From NCBI GenBank assembly GCA_963737655.1, contig CAVTTN010000002.1, forward strand, positions 5,216,001 through 5,280,000: a stretch of 64,000 nt of DNA, read 5' to 3'. Numbering within the stretch: the first letter of the stretch is position 1; the number at the start of each line of letters is the position of its first letter. The notes below the pieces were generated by a model. It searched no databases and was not told the DNA's origin. It saw nothing but the letters and a program-made list of their open reading frames with translations. Shown here piece by piece: positions 32,722 to 42,327 of the stretch. The stretch is from an uncultured Planctomycetota bacterium (lineage in GTDB: Bacteria > Planctomycetota > Planctomycetia > Isosphaerales > Isosphaeraceae). The translations under genes and the position numbers were made by a program.

Positions 32722-33009
32722 ATGGCCAGGACCACCGTCGGCTGCTCCGAGCCCGGCTGCGCCGAGCCGGCCGCCTACAAGATCGCCGCCCCCTGGAGCG
32801 ACGGAAGCTTTTCCGAGCTCAAAACTTACGGCCACGCCTGCGCCGACCACCTCGGCAGCGTCTTCCGCGCCGCCGAGCAACGTCGCCAGGAATATCAGCC
32901 CGGGCCCGGCGAGACCATCGAAGAAATCGGCCTCTACCGCTACGAACAGGGCCGACGCGACCGCCAGCTCCAGAGGCTCTGGGGCCTCGAAGAGAATTAC
33001 CGCTCGTAA
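32722..33009 (+). CDS. Hypothetical protein with Cys/His motif
   Basis: CSEPGC..PAAYKIAA.WSDG..SELKTY..AC.DH. Confidence 0.7.
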   Translation: MARTTVGCSEPGCAEPAAYKIAAPWSDGSFSELKTYGHACADHLGSVFRAAEQRRQEYQPGPGETIEEIGLYRYEQGRRDRQLQRLWGLEENYRS

Positions 33010-33011
33010 GC

Positions 33012-33032
33012 GGTGCATTTCATGCACCCTAC
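33012..33032 (-). repeat. REP family A singlet
   Basis: ggtgcatttcatgcaccctac; supplies the TAG stop of the DUF1499 gene. Confidence 0.92.
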
Positions 33033-33475
33033 GGGCGGAGAGCCTTGGTGATCTCGCGGAGGTTCCTCGCGTTCTGGCCGAGGTCCGCCTTGCCGATCCG
33101 CGATTGGCTGTGGCCGGTGATCCGGGTCCCGTGCGGGATGGGCTCGAATTTCAGGCGGATATCGTCCACGAACCGCCAGACGAGCGTCTTGTGGGTGGCG
33201 TGAAGAGTCCCCGAACCCGGGTCGGCCGACTCGACCCGCCATCGAGGCAATCGCCGGAGGATCGCCTCGGCCTTGCTCACCGATTCGGCCACCGGCAACG
33301 GCCAATCGACGGCCCGGAGCCCGGGGTCGGCGGCGTTTTCGGCGATGTCGGCCCAGTTCTTCGAGAACCCGTCCCAGAACGACATCAAAACCCCCACGCC
33401 CAGGGTCAAGACCGCGGCCGCCGCGAGCCGACGGGCCCGGGATCGACGTTTCGGAAGGGCCGGAGGATCGCTCAC
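33029..33475 (-). CDS. DUF1499 domain protein
   Basis: LHAT..T.VWRFVDDI, SQSRIGKADLGQNARN. Confidence 0.85.
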   Translation of the reverse strand: MSDPPALPKRRSRARRLAAAAVLTLGVGVLMSFWDGFSKNWADIAENAADPGLRAVDWPLPVAESVSKAEAILRRLPRWRVESADPGSGTLHATHKTLVWRFVDDIRLKFEPIPHGTRITGHSQSRIGKADLGQNARNLREITKALRP

Positions 33476-33597
33476 GGATGCGGCTCGCCCGGTTTCTCGG
33501 CCCAGGACCGCCTTATTGTGATCGCGCCGGCAAGGGAATCATCGGGACCGCCGGCCGATTCGATCAGGGTCGAAGGAAAGAATGGCGAGGAGGCGAC

Positions 33598-34140
33598 ATG
33601 GCCGGCGCTTTCCCCAGGAGATTCACGCTGGCCGACGCGATGATCCTCGTAGCGGCGGCGGGAGCCGGCCTGGCGGGCGCACGATGGTGGTACCGCCAGC
33701 CCGGCTTCGTCAACCCGTCGTCGCTGGACGTCCAATCCTCGACCGAGCTCGTCGCCTGGGCCCTCATGCCGTTCATTCCGGCCCTGGCGATGATTCGGCT
33801 GAAGGGGCCCCGTCCTCGTCGTCGCAAGCTCTTGCGGGAATCGGGGTTCCAGGCGATCACGGCGAGCGGGCTGGGGGTGGTCGCGGCCCTCCTGACGGGC
33901 CGATGGGGCATCCGTCCGGGTTGGTCGAGCCTCGGCTACGGGATCGGCAGCGGCGCGCCGGACATGGTCGGGCCGGCGGTGGCGATCTCCTGGCTCCTGA
34001 CCGGCCTGGCCGGGGCCCGGAGGTCCCGACCCGGGGCGATCGACCGTTCGGGGAGGGCCCTGGGCTGGCTCTGGATCGCGGTCTGGGCCTCTCGCTGCGC
34101 GCTCTTGCCCGACTCCTTGATCCGGATGTGGATCGGTTGA
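33598..34140 (+). CDS. Multi-TM hypothetical protein
   Basis: RRFTLADAMILVAA N-terminus; DRSGRALGWLWI. Confidence 0.7.
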   Translation: MAGAFPRRFTLADAMILVAAAGAGLAGARWWYRQPGFVNPSSLDVQSSTELVAWALMPFIPALAMIRLKGPRPRRRKLLRESGFQAITASGLGVVAALLTGRWGIRPGWSSLGYGIGSGAPDMVGPAVAISWLLTGLAGARRSRPGAIDRSGRALGWLWIAVWASRCALLPDSLIRMWIG

Positions 34141-34438
34141 TGCCTCCGATGGGTCCGGGCGTCTCCCGGTCGTCACAACCGGACCGTCCCTCACCCTCGT
34201 CCTAATGGGCCGTTGGCTCGGGATTTCGGGCGTCGGGCGATGGAACGCGGGCTCGGCTCGCGACGATATAACGGTCGGTCAAGCCCGCCTCGGGGGCCGG
34301 CAGGAGCCGGAATGCTCGGGGCGGGTCCGTCGTCCGCGGGATGCGTCGTGGCCGCGTGGCCTTCTTCACCGAGGGCGACGCGCCGGGTCGGGGGCTTCCC
34401 AGCGCCTCCGCCCCGACGTCCCAGGGAGGGAACAGGAA

Positions 34439-34915
34439 GTGAACATCGTCACGACCCGCTTCGGACCCGTTCAGGTCGAGGAGTCGGACTTCGTCCGGAT
34501 CCCCGAGGGCCTGGTCGGTTTCCGAGGCCACACGTTGTATGTCCAGATGCCCGACCCGGTTGTGTCCGGCCTCTGGTGGCTCCAGTCCGCCAGCGCCCCG
34601 GACGTGGCCTTCGCGATCGTGGCCCCTCCCCTGGCCGTCTCCGATTACCGGGTCGAGCTCCGACCCGGCGACCGCACGGCCCTGGAGCTGGACGACGAGC
34701 GATCCGCGCTGATCTACGTGATCCTCAACCGGGGCGAGGGGGGCGGCCTGGTGGTCAACCTCCAGGGCCCCCTGGTGTTCAACCCGGCGAAGCGGCTCGG
34801 CCGCCAGCTGGTGCTGACCTCCAGCCGATACGCGGTCCGGTTCCCCCTGGAAGGCCCGGCCGCGTCGCCCACCCTGCCCCTGAAGACCTCCTCGACGCTT
34901 CGAGCGTCCGCCTAG
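34439..34915 (+). CDS. fliW: CsrA antagonist FliW
   Basis: TTRFG, PEGLVGF, WLQS...PDVAF, NLQGPLVFN...GRQLVL; adjacent to csrA. Confidence 0.88.
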   Translation: MNIVTTRFGPVQVEESDFVRIPEGLVGFRGHTLYVQMPDPVVSGLWWLQSASAPDVAFAIVAPPLAVSDYRVELRPGDRTALELDDERSALIYVILNRGEGGGLVVNLQGPLVFNPAKRLGRQLVLTSSRYAVRFPLEGPAASPTLPLKTSSTLRASA

Positions 34916-35145
34916 GTCGTCGGGGCACCGGGGCGAGGGCCCCGGGACCTCCCGGAGACGGCCTCCTACGGCCCGATCCGCGAGGTTTCGACCCCCGCCC
35001 AGGCCCGGCGGACCCCCGGGCGGCGTGACCACGGACGGTCACGGGTCGCGGACCCAGTCGCCCGCCCCCAGGACGCCCGCCGAGCCTCATGCCCGCCAGC
35101 CGTGCCGAGCCGAGCCGAGCAGAGCAGGAGGAAGGAGCCCGAACG

Positions 35146-35412
35146 ATGCTTGTGCTGTCCCGCCACCGCGACGAATCCATCATCATCGGCGATGACATCG
35201 TCATCACCGTGGTGGACATCCGGGGCGACAAGGTCCGATTGGGGATCGCGGCCCCGATCGAGATCAGCGTGCACCGCCAGGAGGTGTACGAGGCGATCCA
35301 GCGAGAGAACCGGCAGGCCAGCCGCCTGGACCCCCAGGACGCCCGCCAGCTCGACGCCCTCAGCCCCCCGATCCGTCGCGACCTCCGTCGCGCCCGGCCC
35401 GAAGGCGCCTGA
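35146..35412 (+). CDS. csrA: Carbon storage regulator
   Basis: MLVLSR..DESIIIGDDI, DKVRLGI.AP.EISVHRQEVY.AIQRENRQA. Confidence 0.96.
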   Translation: MLVLSRHRDESIIIGDDIVITVVDIRGDKVRLGIAAPIEISVHRQEVYEAIQRENRQASRLDPQDARQLDALSPPIRRDLRRARPEGA

Positions 35413-36148
35413 GGCCCCGATCGGCCTTCGCCCCCTTTTCAACCCCACGCCTGCCCGGCCGCCGAACCCCCCTCAGGGATCGCGCGGCCGGTCTCTTTTT
35501 TCCACCTCCCCTGCCCTGCCCCGCCCCGCCCTCACCCCTTCGATCGTCCTCCCCCCGCACCAGTCACCATCGCGACCCGCCCCCGGCGGCGATCAGGTTT
35601 CTTGTGAAATTCAGAGGTTTTCGATCTCGCAATCGTGGATTTCGAACCGATTCACGAGACAAGATCGCGCGTGTTTGAAATCGCCTGAAATCGAAGACGG
35701 CCGATCGATCCTTCGAGAATGCAACCCATTGGCCCGATTGCGCTTAACTCACACGTTTCTGAGAAACCCACATTTCTGAATTCCTACCCATGCGCACTTC
35801 CGTTGCGCGGCGGATTTGGCTTGTTTTTTGGCCCGAACCGCGAATCAAACGAGGAAAGTGTTGTCAAGTTCGTCCCGGATGATGTCCGCTTGACGCGCTC
35901 TGGGATCGGCATCCGAAACAAGCCGAAGCCTCGTGGGGTCAACCTCGTGTCACGAGGCCCGCCCGCCCGACGTTCGAGGGTCCAGGGGATCGCGGGGCCG
36001 GGAGCCGGCCTCCCCCGATGGAACCATCGAGGGTGATCGCCCCGGACTTCCGGAAAATTCGCTTGCTCCGGCCGTGGGTCGGGCCTTAACCTGTCAATTC
36101 GAGAATGCGTCGGGCGGACGGGATTCGGATCGACAGGCGCTCGAATCC

Positions 36149-36646
36149 ATGAGTCTTGATTCGGATCATGCCAAAGGTGAGTCCCCCTTGTCCGCGAGGC
36201 TGTCGATCCGGGGTGTGTCCCACGCATGTTTGCTTGTGTCGGTGATCCTGGCCGAGCTGGGGGCGACCCTGCTCATGGACCGCCCTGCGCTCCTCCAGCC
36301 TTCGGTGCCTTGCTTCCCCCCGATGGCGCCGAGCCGGGCCGAGACGACCATCCAGGTTCCGGTGGTCAATCGGTCGGGCCGACCGATCCGGATCGTGGGC
36401 ATCCCGAGGCCGGGCGGCCAGCCGGGCCTCTTCCGGGGATCGGGCACATCGGTGACGATCCCGCCGTGGGGCCGGGTCTGGGTGCCGATCTCGGGGGCCA
36501 TGATCCGCTCGGGCCGAGGTCTGGCGAGGCTCGTCGCCCTGACCGACGACCCCGATTTGCCCCGGTTCGAGCTGCTCGTGGACACCGGCCGCATCCCGTT
36601 CACGCCCCCGTCGCCCACGGGTCCGTCCGGCCCGACGACCCCCTGA
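36149..36646 (+). CDS. Hypothetical Ig-like (DUF1573-like) protein
   Basis: TM then V.N.SGRPIRIVG...TIPP...TDDP pattern. Confidence 0.45.
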   Translation: MSLDSDHAKGESPLSARLSIRGVSHACLLVSVILAELGATLLMDRPALLQPSVPCFPPMAPSRAETTIQVPVVNRSGRPIRIVGIPRPGGQPGLFRGSGTSVTIPPWGRVWVPISGAMIRSGRGLARLVALTDDPDLPRFELLVDTGRIPFTPPSPTGPSGPTTP

Positions 36647-36669
36647 TCGATCCGTCGCGAGGATCGTCG

Positions 36670-37794
36670 ATGGCCGACCTGAAAATGCGTTGCTCTTTCC
36701 GAGAGATTCATGTCTTCGCGATTTTCTGCGTCCTCGGAGCGCCGGCCCTGGCCGACGAGGCGACCGTGGCGAGGGTCCGCGCCGAGTTCCCGGAGGCCGT
36801 GATCGCGATGGACGAGGCGCTCAAGCACGTCCGGATCGTCGCGACCGTGGACGAGGTGGCAACGCCCCGAGGATCGACCGTGGCGAAGGCCCGGACCTAC
36901 CGCCTCGAATACAGCCGCTCGGGGCCTCTCCAGAAGCTGGTCCGAATCGAGGGCGAGGAAGGCACCGACGGCTATCAAAAGCGGGTGCTGTGCCAGGCGC
37001 CTTCCTACGCCTTCTGGGCCGACCAGGCGGGGAAAGCCCCGGGGCTGGCCCTCATGGGCTTCGACTGGGGTTTGAGCGAACATATGGATCAAGAAATAAG
37101 CATTCATAAATATGAAGTCGTTCTACAATTCACGAGAACGACCTATCCCCTGCGCGACATGATCGCCGAGCCTTCGTTCCAGGTCGTCGGGGCGACGACG
37201 GCGGTAGAAAACGGCGAGGAGGTCGTCAAGTTCGAGGTCTCTCACGTCGCGTTCATCCCGAGGCTCTACAATCCGGCCACCAAGAAGACGGAGCCGAAGC
37301 ATGACTTGAGGCGCACCCGGTTCACGGCGGTCCCCGGGCGGGGCTGGGCAATCACGCGATGGGAGCCTCTCTTCGGCGATCGGCCCTGGCCGCCACAACC
37401 CTTCGTTTACGGGACGCTCGAATCCGCGAAGGACGGCCGAACCCCCGCCGTCCCGGCCCGGATGGTCTACCACACAACACGCTCCCACGCGACGACCGTC
37501 TACACCACGTTCGAATTCGCCAATCTGCCGGACTCCGAGTTCACGCTAGCCTCGGTCGGCCTGCCCGAGGTCGCCGACCCCGGGACCGGCTCGAAGAGGC
37601 CGTGGGCGGCCTACGCGCTCCTGGCCGCGTCGGCGGCGCTGCTGGTCCTTTCGATCGTCCTGAGGTGGTGGTCGCGGGGACGACCTCCGGGCGAACCCGG
37701 GCCCCTCGTCGCGCCTCCGGGACCTGGCGATCCCTCCAGCGAGGCCGCTCCGGCGATCGGACCCGTCCCGTCCCTCAACGAGAATGGACGTTAG
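36670..37794 (+). CDS. Secreted hypothetical protein with C-terminal TM anchor
   Basis: Signal peptide ending ALA-DE; EFTLASVGLPE then TM and WWSR. Confidence 0.7.
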   Translation: MADLKMRCSFREIHVFAIFCVLGAPALADEATVARVRAEFPEAVIAMDEALKHVRIVATVDEVATPRGSTVAKARTYRLEYSRSGPLQKLVRIEGEEGTDGYQKRVLCQAPSYAFWADQAGKAPGLALMGFDWGLSEHMDQEISIHKYEVVLQFTRTTYPLRDMIAEPSFQVVGATTAVENGEEVVKFEVSHVAFIPRLYNPATKKTEPKHDLRRTRFTAVPGRGWAITRWEPLFGDRPWPPQPFVYGTLESAKDGRTPAVPARMVYHTTRSHATTVYTTFEFANLPDSEFTLASVGLPEVADPGTGSKRPWAAYALLAASAALLVLSIVLRWWSRGRPPGEPGPLVAPPGPGDPSSEAAPAIGPVPSLNENGR

Positions 37795-37797
37795 AAT

Positions 37798-38055
37798 ATG
37801 CATGACTTTCGTATAAATAAGTCGTGAAATATTGATCTTGCCCGCGCCTTCCCTCTCCGTCCGATCCGCTCCGAAACCGAGCTCGATCGGGCGATCGCGG
37901 TGGCCGACTCGTTGAGCGATCGCTCTGAGCTTGCGTCCGCGCAATATGATTACCTGATGGTTCTTTGCCGGATCATCGAGCGCTATGAGGACGTCCACCA
38001 CCGGATGCCCTCGGACGGCCCGGGGCCGTTTGGGGGGTTCAATCCAGGTCGATGA
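37798..38055 (+). pseudogene. Truncated HigA-type antitoxin remnant
   Basis: Own translation: IDLARAFPLRPIRSETELDRAIAVADSL...DYLMVLCRIIERYED; in-frame TGA upstream and no HTH downstream. Confidence 0.6.
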
Positions 38056-38599
38056 TGAATTCCTCGTCCTCGTCGTCGAAGAGGAATTGCGGAGGGGGGC
38101 CGTCGGGGTCGTCGGGGCGGGGGTTGGTCCGGCCGGGGGTGGGGAGGGCCGATTCGAGGCTGGGCGGCGGGAATTCGAGCGACGGGCCCGGCGGGGCGAA
38201 CGCGGGAGCCGGCGCGGGTCGGCCGAAGTTGGCCGGGGGGGCCGGCGAACGGGTCGAAGCCGCCGTTGCTGCGGGACGCTTCCAGCGGGCTTCCTCGGAG
38301 GGGCTGGGCAGGTCGTCCGGGCCGAGGTAGACCTTGAACTTGACCCGGCCGATCGTCAGACGGTCATTGGGTAGGAGCGCCGCCCACGCCACCTTCTGGC
38401 CGTTGACCTTCGTGCCGTTGGTGCTCACCAGGTCGCGGATCATCAGCAGGCCGTCGGTCCGGACGATCACCGCATGCCTCTTCGAGAGGCTCGGGTGGTC
38501 GATGGTCGCATCGCAGAAGGCCCGGCGGCCGACGACCGTCACGTCGCGGACGATCGGGATCGGCGGGCCTCCGTCCAGGGGCACAAGCTCGGCTTTCAT
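38039..38599 (-). CDS. FHA domain protein
   Basis: VVGR, SLSKRHA, DLVSTNGTKVNG. Confidence 0.9.
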   Translation of the reverse strand: MKAELVPLDGGPPIPIVRDVTVVGRRAFCDATIDHPSLSKRHAVIVRTDGLLMIRDLVSTNGTKVNGQKVAWAALLPNDRLTIGRVKFKVYLGPDDLPSPSEEARWKRPAATAASTRSPAPPANFGRPAPAPAFAPPGPSLEFPPPSLESALPTPGRTNPRPDDPDGPPPQFLFDDEDEEFIIDLD

Positions 38600-38847
38600 C
38601 GGCGGCTCGGCGAGGGAGGATGGGGAGACGGGACGTCGCGTCGCTTCCGTTCCATCATGGCCGTCGGGCCGCCCCGGGGCAAGCCGGATCGCGGCGTGAA
38701 GGGTGGTCGGCGTGGCCCGGCCGGGGGCGAGTCGCCTTTTCGACCCGGGCGAAACCCCGGGGGGGCGTCCGGGGTATCGGTTTCCGTCCTGGCGACGATC
38801 CCGACGCGACGACGAACGCCGGCCTCGGCCCTCCGGAGGGGCAAATC

Positions 38848-40587
38848 ATGTTCTTGCGCCATGCGGTTTGGATCCTGATCGGCCTGGTGGGTGCCTCGGC
38901 GAGGGCCGACGGGCCCGACCCGTCTCGACTGGTGGGGAAGGACGCCTTCCTCTATGCCGAGGTCTCGCGGCCCGAGGCGCTGTTCGACCGCGTCCTGAGC
39001 GAGCGGGTCGGGCGGCTATTGAAGGCGGTCCCGGGGTATGACAAGCTGCTCGATCGGCCCGAGCTCGGCCATGTGAAGGCCGTGGTCGAGGTGGTCACGA
39101 CGCAGCTCGGAACGTCCCCGGAGAAGGCCGCTCGCGACCTTTTGGGCGGCGGGGTCGTCCTGGCCGTCGAGGGGGAAAAGGCGCCGGAGCGGGTCTTCCT
39201 GATCGTCTCGCCCCGGGACCTCGGGTTCCTCGAAAAGGCCCACGATAAGCTCCGGGATCTCGCCCGCCAGGACGCGGCGACGAAGGGGAACCCCGATCCG
39301 GTGAAGGAATCGGAGCATCGGGGCGTGAAGATCTATAGCGTGGGCCCGACGGAGGCGCACGCGATCGTCGATGGGAAACTGCTCGTGGCCAACGGCCCCG
39401 AGACGCTCAAGATGCTGATCGGCCGGGCGAAGGGGGACGCCTTCGCGACGATCGCCGACGACGAGGGCTGGAAGGCCCGCCGGGCGGCCCGGGACCCCGA
39501 GGGCCTGGCCTGGGCCCAGGCCCGGGTGGACCGCCTCCGGGCCAACGACCCCAGGATGTTCGGCGGGTCGGAGGGCAAGCCGCCGGCGGCCACGTTCCTG
39601 TTCGCCAACTGGGCGGAGGCCGTCCGCAAGGCGGACTGGGCGACGCTCGGCCTGTCGTGGACCGACAATCGCCTGGCCGCCGAGCTGACGGTTTCGACGC
39701 CCCACGGCGGCTATTCCGAGACGTTGCGCAAGTTCCTGCCGCCCAAGGGGGACGCGGCCCCCAGGCCGGTGAAGGTGCCCGGGATGATCGCCAGCGGCGG
39801 CGCCTGGCGAGACCTCGCGGCGATCTGGGACGTCCGCGCCGACCTGCTGCCCCCCGAGAGCGTCCAGGGGCTGTCGCAGCTCGACACCCAGGCCGGGACG
39901 TTCTTCGGCGGTCGCGATTTCGGCACCGGGGTGCTCGGTGCGCTCGGGCCGAAGCTGCGGGTCGTGGTGGCCGATCAGGATTTCTCCTCGATGAAGCCCA
40001 CGCCCGACCTGAAATACCCGGCCGTCGCCCTGATCCTCGACCTGAAGCCGGAGGATGAGGAGTTCGCCGTCCGGCTGAAGTCGGCGTTCCAGTCGTTCAT
40101 CGGCCTGGCGAACCTCGGGGCGGCGCAGTCGAAGGCCCCGCCGTTGATGCTCGGGACCGAGACGGTGGACGGGGTCGCGATCTCGACGGCGAAGTTCCTG
40201 GCGCCGAAGGCCCCGGCGCCGGGGCCGGTCGATCCCCGGTTCAACTTCACCCCGTCGGCCATGCAGGTGGGCGACCAGTTCGTCATCAGCTCGGGCCTGG
40301 GACTGGCCAAGGACCTGGTCTCGGCCCTGAAGGAGCCGAGGAAGGCGACCGAGTCCACCCTGTTGATCGACGCCGACGGCGCCGCCCTCGCCCGCCTCTT
40401 CGAGAAGAACCGCGAGCGGCTGGTGTCGCAGAACATGCTGGAAAAAGGCAACCCCCGGGCCCGGGCCGAGGGCGAGGTCGGCCTCTTCCTCGACCTCCTG
40501 AAGTATCTCGGACGAGGGACGCTCTCGGCCGAGGACCGGGCGGATTCGGTCCGAGTGAAGGCGGAGTTTTCTCTGGATGCGAAGTGA
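38848..40587 (+). CDS. Secreted DUF3352-like protein
   Basis: Signal peptide ending ARA-DG; first gene of the DUF1800/DUF1501 operon. Confidence 0.6.
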   Translation: MFLRHAVWILIGLVGASARADGPDPSRLVGKDAFLYAEVSRPEALFDRVLSERVGRLLKAVPGYDKLLDRPELGHVKAVVEVVTTQLGTSPEKAARDLLGGGVVLAVEGEKAPERVFLIVSPRDLGFLEKAHDKLRDLARQDAATKGNPDPVKESEHRGVKIYSVGPTEAHAIVDGKLLVANGPETLKMLIGRAKGDAFATIADDEGWKARRAARDPEGLAWAQARVDRLRANDPRMFGGSEGKPPAATFLFANWAEAVRKADWATLGLSWTDNRLAAELTVSTPHGGYSETLRKFLPPKGDAAPRPVKVPGMIASGGAWRDLAAIWDVRADLLPPESVQGLSQLDTQAGTFFGGRDFGTGVLGALGPKLRVVVADQDFSSMKPTPDLKYPAVALILDLKPEDEEFAVRLKSAFQSFIGLANLGAAQSKAPPLMLGTETVDGVAISTAKFLAPKAPAPGPVDPRFNFTPSAMQVGDQFVISSGLGLAKDLVSALKEPRKATESTLLIDADGAALARLFEKNRERLVSQNMLEKGNPRARAEGEVGLFLDLLKYLGRGTLSAEDRADSVRVKAEFSLDAK

Positions 40588-40611
40588 GAGGCGGGGCAAG
40601 GAGCCGGGGGC

Positions 40612-40798
40612 GGGGAAAATGGTGTCCGATCGGCTCTGTCGAAAACCCCGGTGATGGAGAGGAATCGAGCAGGTCCGACTTCAGTCGGGCCTACAAAACA
40701 AGACGTTTTTGTAGGCCCGACTGAAGTCGGACCTGCTCGTTGGACCTCGGCGAACCGGGTTTTCTTCCTCGACGGACCCGATCGGACACCATTCCCCC
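40612..40798. repeat. Nested foldback: outer AATGGTGTCCGATCGG arms enclosing a head-to-head GTAG REP family C pair
   Basis: Inner 40666-40739: cgagcaggtccgacttcagtcgggcctac-aaaa..tttt-gtaggcccgactgaagtcggacctgctcg. Confidence 0.88.
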
Positions 40799-40835
40799 TC
40801 CCCTGGCACCATGACCCCCGATCCCGGGAGCTTTT

Positions 40836-42191
40836 ATGTTCAATTCCTTGATGGATGACCCGGCGAGGGCGTGGTCGCCTTACGAGCCGGGGCCCGATTC
40901 GCCGTGGGACGCCCCGAGGGTCGCCCATCTCCACCGGCGGGCGGGGTTCTCGGCGCCGTGGCGGGTGGTGGTCCGGGACGTGACCGAGGGGCCGTCGGCG
41001 ACCCTGGCGAGGCTCCTGGATGGGGAATCGGCGACGGCCGACGGCACCCCCGCCGACGAGTTCGAGGCCCAGAGCGACCGGATGGCCGAGAGGATGAGCG
41101 TCTCGGCGGCCCTGACCCGGCTCCAGGGCCTCTGGCTCTACCGGATGATCTTCTCGCCGCATCCGCTCCGCGAGCGGATGACCCTGTTCTGGCACAACCA
41201 CTTCGCCACCAGCCAGGCGAAGGTGAACAACTCGGCGATGATGCAGAGGCAGAACGGCCTGCTGCGCCGCCATGCCCTGGGGGATTTCGGCGCCCTGCTG
41301 AAGGAGATGGCGAGAGACCCGGCGATGCTCGTCTGGCTCGACTCCTCGGCCAACCGCAAGGCCCATCCCAACGAGAACTTCGCCCGGGAGATCATGGAAC
41401 TCTTCAGCCTCGGGCGGGGCAAGTACTCGGAAAAAGACATCCAGGAGGCGGCCCGCGCGTTCACCGGGTCGTTCGTCCAGAACGACCGCTATCAGAACGT
41501 CCCGAGCCAGCACGACGACGGCGAGAAGACCCTCCTGGGCCGCACCGGGCGGTTCTCGGGCGACGACGTGGCGGCGATCCTCCTGGAACAGCCCTCGTGC
41601 GCCGAGTTCGTGGCCGGGAAGCTGTTCCGCATGTTCGTCAGCGACGTGGACGCCCCCTCTCCGGCGCTGATCGCCCCGGTGGCCGAGGCGTTCCGCAAGG
41701 CGAATTATGACGTGAAGGCGCCGATTTCCCTGATCCTCAAGTCGAAATTGTTCCACGACCCGGCCATGAAGAGGAAAAGGGTGAAGTCGCCGGTGGAGTT
41801 CGCCGTGGGGACGGTCCGCAGCCTCGAGATCCTCGAGCCGACCGTCTCGGCCGACTCCCTGGCCGACGCCTGCTCGCGGATGGGCCAATCGCTCTACGCC
41901 CCCCCGAGCGTGGCCGGCTGGGACGGCGGCCCGGCGTGGATCAACACCACGACCTCGCTCGCCCGGTCGAATTTCGTCCTCGCCCTGCTGGGCAAGGAGG
42001 ACAAGGGGCTCGGCGGCCGGTTCGTTCCCGAGCAACTCATGAAAAAGTACGGGGCCGACGATCCGGGCCGGTTCTTCGCGGACTTGCTGGTCCAGGATGC
42101 GTTCGATGGGTGGGTTCGTGCCAAATTGACGGGCACGGCCCGGGAGGTGGCGACCCTGGTGCTCACGGCCCCGGAATATCAACTGGGTTAG
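40836..42191 (+). CDS. DUF1800 family protein
   Basis: HLHRRAGF, LRERMTLFWHNHF, PNENFAREIMELFSLG, PPSVAGW, PEYQL. Confidence 0.93.
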   Translation: MFNSLMDDPARAWSPYEPGPDSPWDAPRVAHLHRRAGFSAPWRVVVRDVTEGPSATLARLLDGESATADGTPADEFEAQSDRMAERMSVSAALTRLQGLWLYRMIFSPHPLRERMTLFWHNHFATSQAKVNNSAMMQRQNGLLRRHALGDFGALLKEMARDPAMLVWLDSSANRKAHPNENFAREIMELFSLGRGKYSEKDIQEAARAFTGSFVQNDRYQNVPSQHDDGEKTLLGRTGRFSGDDVAAILLEQPSCAEFVAGKLFRMFVSDVDAPSPALIAPVAEAFRKANYDVKAPISLILKSKLFHDPAMKRKRVKSPVEFAVGTVRSLEILEPTVSADSLADACSRMGQSLYAPPSVAGWDGGPAWINTTTSLARSNFVLALLGKEDKGLGGRFVPEQLMKKYGADDPGRFFADLLVQDAFDGWVRAKLTGTAREVATLVLTAPEYQLG

Positions 42192-42226
42192 GGCGGATCA
42201 CGGCCGGGTTGCCCTCGACGGGTTTT

Positions 42227-42285
42227 GGAGGGCAGGCCCTGGCCTGCCGTCTCCGCGAATCCCGGCAGGCCGAGGCCTGCCCTAC
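42227..42285. repeat. REP family B inverted pair
   Basis: ggagggcaggccctggcctgcc ... ggcaggccgaggcctgccctac. Confidence 0.85.
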
Positions 42286-42327
42286 GACAAGCCATGCTCG
42301 ATCACGACCTCCACGGAGCCAATCGCC

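Noticed and set aside
35413..36148. AT-richer gap after csrA as a CsrB-like sRNA
   Set aside because: GGA motifs are not evidently enriched or in regular hairpin loops; only a short palindrome (gtttctgagaaac) was seen.
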